From assembly GCF_009914755.1 (NCBI RefSeq), contig NC_060946.1: 64,000 nt of DNA. The stretch is one strand, 5' to 3'. Each line of letters starts with the position of its first letter. The stretch's first letter is position 1. Below, piece by piece: positions 52,106 through 64,000 of the stretch. A program made the translations under genes and the position numbers. The stretch comes from the human T2T-CHM13v2.0 reference genome, Homo sapiens. Under the pieces are notes generated by a model. It worked only from the letters and a program-made list of their open reading frames with translations, was not told the origin of the DNA and ran no database searches.

Positions 52106-52168
52106 GGGCGGGGCAGGAGGGCGGGGCGGGGCAGGAGGGAGGGGCGGGGCAGGAGGGAGCGGGAGGGA
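52106..52168. repeat. G-rich 18-bp tandem repeat (GGGGCGGGGCAGGAGGGA), about 3 copies
   Basis: Seen directly. Confidence 0.85.
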
Positions 52169-52444
52169 GAACACAGGAACGTTTCTTGCCGGGACATAGG
52201 TCACATGCCCACCCCCCCAGAATGTCCATCCTTACTGCTCATTTGTGCAGCGACCTTGGGGGATGGGGTAACTGTCCCCATTCAACAGGCGAGAAAACTG
52301 AGGTCCAGGGAGGGGAGGGAATCATAGTAAGTGGCAGCACCGGAATCTGCTGGATGCCTGACACTCTGTTCCTTTAAAACGTGCCGGGCGCGGTGGCTCA
52401 CGCCTGTAATCCCAGCACTTTGGGAGGCTGAGGCAGGCAGATCA

Positions 52445-52690
<246 letters not shown>

Positions 52691-54072
52691 TTATCCATTT
52701 TTTGCCAAAATTGGGGTCATTCTGTAGTCAATGTTATATTCTGCTTTCTTCGTGTTATGTTGAGAACAACTTTCTCGTTACTAGAAAGCCTTCAGAAGCT
52801 TGGTTTGTGGGGGGCCAGTCTTTAATAGTCCCTGGCTGCTGGGCACTGAGGTTGCTTCTGTGCTCACCCAGCTCCATGGATCCCAGGCCAGCAGCCGCCC
52901 CTTCTCCCTGGGGCCAGATTTGCCCTTTGCCCTTTGCCCCTGCCAAAGCCCAAGTTCAGCACAGTCTCTGCTGACACCCCTCTACCCCCGCTTGGCTGCC
53001 TCCATGTCCCCTGGACTGCTTGTCTCTCGTGTTCCCCTGGGACGAAAGTGCTCAGTATTCTTCCTGTGGCATCTCCTCCCTGGTCCCTGGTCAGAGGGTC
53101 CCTTTCTGAGGTCCAGGCTCCCTCAGCACCAGTCTGTGCCCACTCAGGGCCTCCCCAGCCCTGTGCCCCCCTGGGTCCTAGCCCTCGCCCCAGCAGGCCT
53201 TGCTGCAAGTTGGCAGAACTGAATCGGGTTGTGTGGCTTCTTGTCTCAGACAAGAGCAGACGACTCCTGATTCTCCACCTAGAATCAGAGTGAGTGGGAG
53301 CTTAGCCCTTTGTTTTTGGATGAGGTCAGGGTGGGAGCCATATTGCCACCAGGGCAGAGCCTGGGCCAGAGTGCAGTGTGGCCCCAGGCAGGCTGCTCTC
53401 TGTCTCCGGTGCATGGGGAAGGGGCGGTGGTTTTACTGGGGCCCGTGTGGGGTGCTGAAACAGCTGTGTAGAGACCTTCCTTGCTGCTGTGCACTGAGCT
53501 GTGCTCAAGGTAGGTGAGCATTGATATCCCACTCTACCGAGGGGGAAACTGAGGCCCTGAGTTGATGTGATTTGCCTGAGGTCACAGTGAGGCAGTGAGG
53601 AAGGGGATTAGACCCAAACTCTGTCTGATACCAGTCACCAAATGAATGAGTGAGTGAGTGAGTGAGTGAAAGGTGAATGTGAAGTGCTGGAACGTAAAGC
53701 ACTGGCCTGGCAGAGCTCCCAGGACGGGGACTTGACCCAGGGAGGCAGGCTGGGAAGGCTTCTTGGTGGAGGGGACCCAAACTGGCCTTGGAAGAGAGGA
53801 GGGGTCAGTGCCAGAGACCCAAGGTCGAGGTGAGGGTGGGCAAAGGTGAGGCGGGGCAGCTGGGGCAGGAGCAAGGCTGGAAATGCGTTCACTCAGCCAC
53901 TCCCACCCCGCACATCTCTGCGCCTCCTGATCAGCTGACTGGTTGATCTGTGGGTGACAGGCCTTTCGGGGATGCTGGAGGAGACACGGGCCTGACCCCA
54001 TGGCCTCAGGAATGCCCTCACGCAGCCCTGTCTTCTCTTTCAGAGCTCCCCTGAACAGCAGCTGCAGCAGCC

Positions 54073-54254
54073 ATGGCCCCGCCCTGGGTGCCCGCCATGG
54101 GCTTCACGCTGGCGCCCAGCCTGGGGTGCTTCGTGGGCTCCCGCTTTGTCCACGGCGAGGGTCTCCGCTGGTACGCCGGCCTGCAGAAGCCCTCGTGGCA
54201 CCCGCCCCACTGGGTGCTGGGCCCTGTCTGGGGCACGCTCTACTCAGCCATGGG
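54073..54254 (+). CDS. TSPO: TSPO exon 2 coding part, translocator protein 18 kDa
   Basis: Acceptor tctctttcag, exon starts 54044; strong Kozak gccATGG; WYAGLQKPSWHPP TspO/MBR motif; donor GG|GTAGGT; 182 nt. Confidence 0.97.
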
Positions 54255-55885
54255 GTAGGTGGGCGTGCACTGGCCTGGGGATAAGCCTGGCCCTTTGCAA
54301 GGGGAGGCCTGGCCCAGGACAGAGGGTCTTCTCCAGGCGGGCCATGGACCATGGCATGGTTTCCCCAGCCCCATTTGGCAAGCCAGGGTGGGGAAGCTGT
54401 GGGCCTGTCGATTGCACCACTGAACTTTCTCCTCCTGGGCCCCTGGGGGGATGGGTCAGATGCTCACCCCACCCTGGCATCCCCGCCATGTTCACAGCTC
54501 CAGGCAGAGGCCGGCTTAGTGTGTGAAGGTTGGTCTTGGGCAGAGGCATGGACGCTAAGATTAACAACGGCAGCAACAGCCCCAAGAGCAGCTCCTTTGT
54601 TGAACGCCTGCCCAGTGCCAGGCTCGTCTCATTCATACTCAACGACCCCCATAATAAGAGGCCTCCCAAGGACACAGGGCTTGCAAGTGTGGACCCCCCA
54701 CAGCCCCTTCAGGCTCAGTCTGGCCTGAGTCCCCTGGGAATAGACCAGGGGAATTCCACCCGGAAAGGACGTGCTGGGAGGGGCAGGGCGCCTCTTGGTG
54801 GCTGTAGCGGGGACCACACCCAGGAGGCAGGGAATTGACTGCCTTCTGAAATGTTCCCTGCATCCTGGTTCTGTGCCAGCGCAGTGCAGGGTGGGGACGC
54901 AGGTGCCAGGCACTCTAGGGGGCGGATAGCAGAGGCCAGGCCAGGTGCCCGGCTCTGATGGGAATAAGGCCCTGGAACTTGGGTGTCACGTGGGCCTCAC
55001 CCCTCCTGGCCCAGGCCCTGCCCAGCCAGGGTCCTGCACTTCCCTGGCTCCAGTGTCCCCACCCTGCTTGGCCTTCCTACACCACCCAGTCCCAGCCTCT
55101 CTTCGGGGGAAATTTTGGGGCTCCCTGTGGCTCTGGATAAGGCAAACCCCTCATTAGTAGGTGACAGCCGGGGCTCTGGCCCTGGCTGACCAGACTTTAT
55201 CCACTGATGGCCTGCCAAGAGATCTCAGTCACTTCACCGCCTCAGTCTCCTCACTGTAAAGGGGGTGCTGATACTGCCTGCCTTATGGCATCATCATGAG
55301 ACTGAAATGAGTGAATGCTTGGGAAGTGGTAGGGCCTGGCTCCTGTGAGTGCTGGAGGGCATCGGCTGCTGTTACTGGTGGTGTTATCGTTGCCCTGTGT
55401 TAACAGCTCCCATGATCAGGCCTCCCCCTGGACCTCACCCTGCAGTCACAGACTGACTCAGGGTCTCACATCTGCCTCAAAGCCTTTGCATGTCCTGTTT
55501 CCTCCCCTGGAAAACTCCTATTCATCATTTAAGGCCCAGGCCAAATGTCCCATCCTCTATGCAGTGCCCTGGCTAGGTTAAGAGCCTCCTCTCTACCTAT
55601 TCACACCATGTGCTTCCCTTTCATAGCAGTGACAGTGATAATAATGGCAGGTATTTACTGAGTGTCCTAAATGCTGGGTATCGCATGAAGCACTGCCAAT
55701 GTGCTAACTAGAATCTCTACAGCAACCCTATGAAAAATGAAGGCCCAGACAGGTCAAGCAACTTCCCTGAGATCACACAGCAGTCAGTGTCAGGTCACGT
55801 ATGAACCATCACTGTGCCACTCGGAGGTGGGCAACGCTCCTGGCCTTGTTCCTAATGGTGCTCTGAACTGCGGCCTCTGTTTCAG

Positions 55886-56024
55886 GTACGGCTCCTACCT
55901 GGTCTGGAAAGAGCTGGGAGGCTTCACAGAGAAGGCTGTGGTTCCCCTGGGCCTCTACACTGGGCAGCTGGCCCTGAACTGGGCATGGCCCCCCATCTTC
56001 TTTGGTGCCCGACAAATGGGCTGG
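55886..56024 (+). CDS. TSPO: TSPO exon 3 (YGSYLVWKE...[19 protein letters not shown])
   Basis: Acceptor tgtttcag, donor TGG|GTAAGT; 139 nt. Confidence 0.97.
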
Positions 56025-56217
56025 GTAAGTGTGGCCACAGCATGTGTCCCTGATCCCTGGATCCGACCCTTGGAGGACGTGGGGCATCACATATGACACT
56101 GGGTCAGTGTCTATAGGCGGGGCCAGGGGAGACAAAAGGCCATGTCTCTCTAGCTGTAAGCAGCCCACACCCTGGAGCCTCCCCTCTACTGACTCCTCCG
56201 GTGAGGGAAGCTATTAA

Positions 56218-56657
<440 letters not shown>

Positions 56658-56752
56658 TAAACTTTTTTAAGAGATGAAGACTCGCTATGTTGCCCAGGGC
56701 AGACTCGACTTCCTGGGCTCAAACGATTGATTCTCCCGCCTTTACCTCTTGA

Positions 56753-57175
<423 letters not shown>

Positions 57176-57439
57176 TGAACTCCTGACCTCAGGTGATCCA
57201 CCCGTCTCAGCCTCCCAAAGTGCTGGGATTACAGGCGTGAGCCACTGCACCTGACAAATAGCAAGTTTTTGTTTGGGCCTTGTAGTAATGCTGGGAGGTC
57301 AGCATCGCTCTCAGTGGAGGCTCTAAGCTCAGAGAGGGGAAGGGACGTGCAAGACCTCCTAAGCCACCACCGCACCCTTGAACAAACCGAGTTCACTTCA
57401 GGCATGTCATGTGCACCCCACACAAGGCATGGGTCAGGT

Positions 57440-57550
57440 GGCATGACTGTTCCCATTTTACAGATGAGGAAACTGAGGCTGCGATGGGGGAGGGGCTTGG
57501 CCAGGTCACTCAAGGGTGGAGTGGGGGTGAGTGAGGCTCCTGACTCCCAA
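57440..57550. mobile_element. MIR fragment (similar MIR cores near 730, 4850, 17615, 46165, 53545)
   Basis: CCCATTTTACAGATGAGGAAACTGAGGCT MIR core. Confidence 0.7.
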
Positions 57551-57637
57551 ATCCAGTGGGAGTTGGGCAGTGGGACAGGCACTTGGGTGAACGCGGTGCC
57601 TCAGGCCTCCCCATCCTCCGTCCCCCAATCTCTGCAG

Positions 57638-57826
57638 GCCTTGGTGGATCTCCTGCTGGTCAGTGGGGCGGCGGCAGCCACTACCGTGGCCTGGTACCAG
57701 GTGAGCCCGCTGGCCGCCCGCCTGCTCTACCCCTACCTGGCCTGGCTGGCCTTCGCGACCACACTCAACTACTGCGTATGGCGGGACAACCATGGCTGGC
57801 ATGGGGGACGGCGGCTGCCAGAGTGA
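57638..57826 (+). CDS. TSPO: TSPO exon 4 coding part with CRAC motif (LNYCVWR)
   Basis: Acceptor tctctgcag; 189 nt to TGA; total 510 nt = 169 aa. Confidence 0.97.
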   Translation, partial: ALVDLLLVSGAAAATTVAWYQVSPLAARLLYPYLAWLAFATTLNYCVWRDNHGWHGGRRLPE

Positions 57827-58054
57827 GTGCCCGGCCCACCAGGGACTGCAGCTGCACCAGCAGGTGCCATCACGCTTGTGATGTGGTGGCCGTCACGCTT
57901 TCATGACCACTGGGCCTGCTAGTCTGTCAGGGCCTTGGCCCAGGGGTCAGCAGAGCTTCAGAGGTTGCCCCACCTGAGCCCCCACCCGGGAGCAGTGTCC
58001 TGTGCTTTCTGCATGCTTAGAGCATGTTCTTGGAACATGGAATTTTATAAGCTG

Positions 58055-58060
58055 AATAAA
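58055..58060 (+). terminator. TSPO: TSPO polyadenylation signal AATAAA
   Basis: AATAAA about 230 nt after the stop codon, followed by U-rich sequence. Confidence 0.85.
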
Positions 58061-59137
58061 GTTTTTGACTTCCTTTACCATGGCCTTTTTGCTTGGGTGG
58101 GACCCCTGGCCACAGGGAAGAGGGGGAGCTGGGGCTGCACTGGAGCTCGTCTCTGCAGGATCTGCCTGGGCTGCCTTCTCCAGACAGGGCTGGATCCAGC
58201 TGGGGCTGCCCCACGCTTCCTGGGACGCTCCCGAAGCCCTGCAGGAGATGAACAGAGCAGCCCTGGGTGCCACCCTGGGGCCCACACTGGCGCAGACCCA
58301 GCTGGGGCCGTGGGCTTCAGCAGAGGGAGGGGGTCCTGTCCGCTTCCCATGGCTTCCGGGATGCTCAGCCCGGGCCCTTTAATGGCCGGGCCCACAACCA
58401 CTGTTCGACGCCTGGTCCTGCCCAGTGCGTGGCCCTCAGCTGCTTTTACCCAGGACAGAGTTGGGGGTGCTGACTGCCCTGTCCCCCGGGGGCCCAGGCT
58501 TATGGCAGCCTCACTGCACCAGGGATAGCCCCGCAAACACCCAGTTGGCTCGAGGGGGAGTCAGAAGCAGGAAAGGTTAGGTCCCGACTCCAGCAGACAG
58601 GGCCTCCTTGCTGGCCCAGAGCGGCCAGGATTGGAGGTGTCACAGCCACTCACTCCCTCACCCCGGCTTCGAACTGGGTGACCCATGGCCTCTCCAGGCA
58701 GCTGTTTGGAGTAAATGAGCCGAGTCCCATACGCAGCACTCCTCCGTCTTGCTCTCGGTCACCACACCCATGCAGCACTCAGCAACACAGCCCGCGGCTC
58801 CCTCCCCTCGGCCAGGCCTGACCTGCCGGGCTTTTTGTTTTTTGTTTTTGGCAGCTAAGTTCATTCAAATTGGCAAAATGTTCATAGACAGCTCGTCATC
58901 ACTCAACAGCCCGCGGCTGCTGCTTCCTCTTTTCTCCCCCTGCTCCTGTGTCCTCTCCCGACCTGTACGCTCAGACACAACCTGACGTTCACAAAAGCTT
59001 GGACACAGTGGCTCACACCTGTAATCCCAGCACTTTGGGAGGCTGAGGCGGGAGGATTGCTTGAGGCCAGGTGTTTGAGACCAGCCTGGGCAACATAGGG
59101 AGACTCTTGTCTATACCATCCACTCTGGTGCACGCAC

Positions 59138-59138
<1 letters not shown>

Positions 59139-59188
<50 letters not shown>
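59139..59188. repeat. (AC)25 microsatellite
   Basis: 50 nt of perfect AC repeats. Confidence 0.97.
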
Positions 59189-59190
<2 letters not shown>

Positions 59191-59993
59191 AAGAACGAAC
59201 AGCTCAGGGAAATGGGTAGACAGTCGACTGCATTCTTCTGACAGAAGGGATGGCTCCCGCCCAGGGGCTGAGCTACTCCACCCTGACCCTCAGCCTCCCG
59301 CTCCCTTGACTCTGGCAGAGTTTGATGCCCAACAGATCACGCTCTGCAGGATCCAAAAACTCTGCGGCCACGGGCACTCAGCTGAGCCCTCAGCCCTCAT
59401 GGCTTTCCCGATGCTCACCGGTGCAGAGGAGCCAGCTGGGGAGCCTCTGTGTATCCTTTTTATTAACTTATTTCTGAAGTTCTCCAAGACGCCCAGAGTT
59501 GAATTCCTCCAGAGCTCTGTGCAGACAGTCCAAGCAGCGGATGGCAGAGAGGTCCTTGCTAGCAAGAAACTTACAGGCCAGGCTGTCTCCTGCTCCAGCA
59601 TGCCGGTGAGCATGCACCGTCCCCGCAGGGCACAGGGGTATCCTTTGAAGTGTCAAGGGACACCTGAGTCCGTGCCAGACACTTAGGGATTGGAGAAAGT
59701 GCAACCCAGACTTCTGCCATCTCCGCAACTCGTGGGGTTGTTCATCTGTAACAAATGTCCCACATAGCTCCTGCTGGCCACAAAACACGCACTGCCACAA
59801 AATGCCCTGGAAAAATGGGCGAGAGGAGAACGCATTTAGCATTTCGTCTGCCGGCTTCCTTTTAACAGCCTGGCGACGTTTCCCCAGGAAATGCTCGTAA
59901 CAGACAGCATTCTCTCCTTTTCTAAGCTGCTGTCATCCACTGGGAACTTAAGGTTTTGATGCTTTCTGAGTGGGTTTATTATTTTTTTTTTGA

Positions 59994-60197
<204 letters not shown>

Positions 60198-60583
60198 TGA
60201 CCTCAAGTGATCCGCTCGCCTCGGCCTCCCACAGTGCTGGGATTACAGGCGTGAGCCACTGTGCCTGGTCAATTCCGGCTTTGGATGGCTTCTTAACACA
60301 GTGATGAGGGTGCAAATGAGTACCAGGAAGAAGTATTTAGTGGGATAAACATCTCCCGGCAACTGCCTCAGCACCTGGAGCCGGCTGGTCTTCCGGCTCA
60401 TGAAGTCCCTGGCTCTTGGCCTTCCTTGGGGGTGTCCATTTGCAGTGAGCAGAGGTGCAAGGACATGTGGGGACAGAGAATAGCCATCTACAATCATGGA
60501 AAGCCTGGACCAGGTGGTCTTGATTCTGGGGGCTGTCCCAGCTGCTCCCTGGGCAGGACTATCTCCTGGGCACCAGGTTTTAA

Positions 60584-61035
<452 letters not shown>

Positions 61036-61488
61036 TAGGCATGAGCCACCATGCCTGGCCTGCCTTCTGAGTCTTAACCTCCTTGGTCACCATGTGGCGC
61101 TGCTTCCACCCACTGACGGTGTCCATGCACCTGCTCAGCAGTGGCCCGAGGGGCCCTGCAGACGCCCCAGCAGCCAGGGTTTCTCACCGTCCCCACCCCA
61201 GGACAAGGAGGCAAGTGTGGGGAGGCCACTATCTCCAGGGCCACTAGAGCTGCGGGGCCACTCGAGGACCGAGGCTCCCAGCCGACTTGGAAACAGATCC
61301 AGCACATGGAAATCAGACTGTGGGGTGGAGGCCTGCGATATAAAGGCCATCTTATTTCTTCTCCCACTTTTTGTGGGTGACTTCTTGGTATCCGGGGCTT
61401 TTCAGTGACAGCCGGGGCGACAGGCCAGGCTGAGCCTGTGGCTCCAGGGTCCAAAGAGAAAGGAGGGCAGAAATAAGAGAAGATGGCC

Positions 61489-61494
61489 TTTATT
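61489..61494 (-). terminator. TTLL12: TTLL12 polyadenylation signal AATAAA
   Basis: TTTATT on + strand about 1.37 kb past the TTLL12 stop, with a U-rich downstream element on the minus strand. Confidence 0.75.
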
Positions 61495-62859
61495 GCAGCA
61501 CGAACTGAGGGGGACTGCATGTCCACAGCTCTCCAGGAGCTGCCAAAGGCAACGGGCCCGCCCTGCCCCTGCAACAGGCCCTCCAGGGGCTAGAGCATGG
61601 CTCCCCTCAGGAAGGGTAACGCGTGCTTGTAAACAAGGGCCCAGACAACACAGAGAGGAGAGGCAGCATCATCAGGTGCAGCTTTGCTACAAGAAAGATA
61701 GTTCTTAATTTCAAAGAGGAGACACCGCTACACCTAGCCCTGCCCTCCCATGCACTGGAAGGCTCTGGAAGTAGCTCTCGCCTGCCTGGGCAGTTAGGTC
61801 CACCCACTGCCCGTGAGCTGGGCCCAGGCACACTGCAGCCACACAAAAACGCTGGCAGCTGACTCCTAATTTCAGAAACACAATTAGAAAAGAACTGGAA
61901 TTTTACATTTTTCTCCCATACATTAAAAAATAAGAAAAAGCCAACATTTTGACTGTAGACCCTGGTAGGTGGCATCTGACTTTAACCTGAAGTTCTCATT
62001 GGAATCCTTTTCTGTCTGGCGCTCCACCGCCCACAATCAGCCCCAGCCCCAGGCGCCCCTTGCCGAAGGATCCTGGCCCATCTCACACAAGGGCGGGACC
62101 CCGTGGAGTGCCCGGCGAGCAGGGCAACCACTGGGAAGACAGATACTGATTTCCCTGTTGGGGTCTGTGACCCTCAGCAAACGAAAAGGAAACGGTAACA
62201 AGACGGTGGCCTCCTGCCAGGACCTCAGCAGGAGGTTTGCTGGTGAAGGTTCTGGGTGAGCTGGAATGGGTGATAAGGCGGGCTTGCTGGGTGGTGGCCT
62301 CAGGCTGTTCCTGGGCCCCTGTCGCATAGAGCCCTGTGGGTGCAGTGTGGGGCCCCACAGCCGTCCCGGGGTCGTCCTGATGCATAAGAGCAGAGACCCC
62401 GGAAGAGAAACCCGCCTGCCCCGTGTGATACAGGGCTCCCAAACGCTTCCCGGTGGAACCCTGCTCCCGAGGACACCTTGTCTCGCTCCACGGAACCCTT
62501 CCCCCAGCACCCCCTGGAAACACAGCAGCCAGGAACAAATTCTCCATGCCAGGAACGAAGCCCTTGGCTAAACTGGAGACTCATCAGTGCACAGATGGTG
62601 GTGAGGGGTGAGGGCAGGGCGTGGGGTGGTGCTCAGCCCTGGGGACACCATCACTGTCCTGCTCTGACCCACAGGTGAGAGGAGGATGCTGTGCTCCCGG
62701 AGTGTGGCGCCGGGAGGATGGCTCGGCAGGACAGAGGCCTGGGGCTGAGGCTATGCCCAGGGCCGGTGTGGGGAGGGACATGGGGGCCTTTGCAGAAGCA
62801 GCTCAGAGAACTGAGGTTGGAATCCTGCCCCAAGCACAGGTTTTGGGGACAGCGAGTGC

Positions 62860-63011
62860 CTAGACAAGGCAGGTAACGTGGCAGCCACCGGGCTGGTCCA
62901 GAAACAAGGTGCTGAAGACGTCGTTGAAGAAGGTGGGGTGGTACCTGCAGGCTCGCTCACAGTCGGGGTTGAAGTTCACCTCCAGGATCTGCGGCTGCAT
63001 CACCCGCCTTC
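62860..63011 (-). CDS. TTLL12: TTLL12 last coding exon (RRVMQPQILEVNFNPD...CHVTCLV)
   Basis: Acceptor tgccatcag; LEVN motif of the tubulin-tyrosine-ligase ATP-grasp family; TAG at 62860-62862. Confidence 0.93.
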
Positions 63012-63626
63012 CTGATGGCAAAGAGCGCAGCAGAGTGTGAAGGCTCGTTGGCCTCCACTCTGCAGGGACAGTGGCCTGGGGATCCAGCAAAGGCTGGGAG
63101 GCCATGAACCTGGGCCCTGATTCCCAGGGGATGAGCAGGACAAGGCCGGGCCTAGAACTTGGGTCTCTTGACTTTGCTGGGGAGGCCTGGCCTGACATCT
63201 GCTTCTCTAGGAGAGGCCAGGGCTGCCTCCAGCCCTAGGGATGACAGCCTGGCCCTTTAAGCTTGGATGTTCAGTTTAGTAAAAAAAAAAAAAAAGTAGA
63301 TATGCAGCAGCAGTGTACTGTGTGGGGGTCTGGCACAGGGAAGGCCAGCCAGGGTGGTGTGGGTTGGGGTCAGGGTGCCTTTCACACGGGTCTCCTGTCC
63401 TGTGAGCTCTCCCCCGACTCAGAGGCCCAACCCGCAGCCTTTCCCCTCCAGACTCTGCACCGCAGGCACTTCCTGTGGGCCAAGCCAGGGCTTTCCCCAA
63501 CCCAGATTCCTGGCTGATTCAAGCCAGAGGACAGCCTGGGGCAGCTGCCTGCCTTCTCCAGGCTGTGGCTGGCTGGCGGAGGGGGCGCCTGCTGGTTTGG
63601 ATCAGGAGATGGGGAGCCCCTCTTAC

Positions 63627-63765
63627 CATCTGGGCCGTTGTCCCACTTCAGCATGAGGTCGACGGCATACATGGCCCGGGATGAGGGGTAGTCGCAGAGG
63701 CCCAGGGGTGGTGGCTTGGCACAGGCCACCTGGAACAGCTCCGTGAAGGCCCGGAAGATCTCAGC
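63627..63765 (-). CDS. TTLL12: TTLL12 penultimate exon (AEIFRAFTELF...MYAVDLMLKWDNGPD)
   Basis: Acceptor gtccccag, donor ATG|GTAAGA; 139 nt, phase-compatible with the last exon; YAVD motif corresponds to the TTL-family xGxD strand. Upstream exons are outside the window. Confidence 0.93.
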
Positions 63766-64000
63766 CTGGGGACCGGGGAGCCTGAGTTACGAGGCCTGCT
63801 CAGAACAGCGTCTCAAGAGGGGGTCTGCTGCCCCTGCCCAAGTCCCGGGCCCCACGTGGCCCAAGTCACCCCCTCCCACATCTTCACGTCTCTAGACCTC
63901 ACCATGGCCACCTCCGCCCAGCACCTGCCCTCTTACTCCTGACGCCCACCTTCTGCAAATCTGCCCATCTCCTGCCGCAGACCCCGTTGCTCCCCACTGC

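Noticed and set aside
54788-54925. Two CTCF-like motifs in TSPO intron 2
   Set aside because: Each mismatches conserved core positions, which is expected by chance in GC-rich DNA.

Overview
Human genomic DNA, Alu-dense and GC-rich, matching the chr22q13.2 gene cluster BIK - MCAT - TSPO - TTLL12. All exons were rebuilt by hand from GT/AG splice sites. BIK (+) has a non-coding exon 1 in a CpG island and 4 coding exons (483 nt, 160 aa BH3-only protein). MCAT (-) has 4 exons (1173 nt, 390 aa mitochondrial malonyl-CoA:ACP transacylase). TSPO (+) has a non-coding exon 1 and 3 coding exons (510 nt, 169 aa). Only the last two coding exons and 3' UTR of TTLL12 (-) are in the window. Most of the rest is Alu, L1/HAL1, MIR/L2, MER20 and LTR sequence, and almost all other ORFs in the track are Alu-derived or CpG-island artefacts. 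The haplotype encodes TSPO Ala147/His162 and MCAT Gly303, which differ from the canonical protein sequences as I recall them. I see no new gene system. The most interesting lead is a solo MER41B-type LTR in BIK intron 2 that keeps a perfect STAT1 GAS site (TTCCCGGAA), a candidate interferon-gamma-inducible enhancer of a pro-apoptotic gene. Next are the overlapping TSPO reading frame (PBR-S), in which the codon-147 SNP is also missense, and several small structural oddities. Repeat family names and reference comparisons come from recall, not from a database run.
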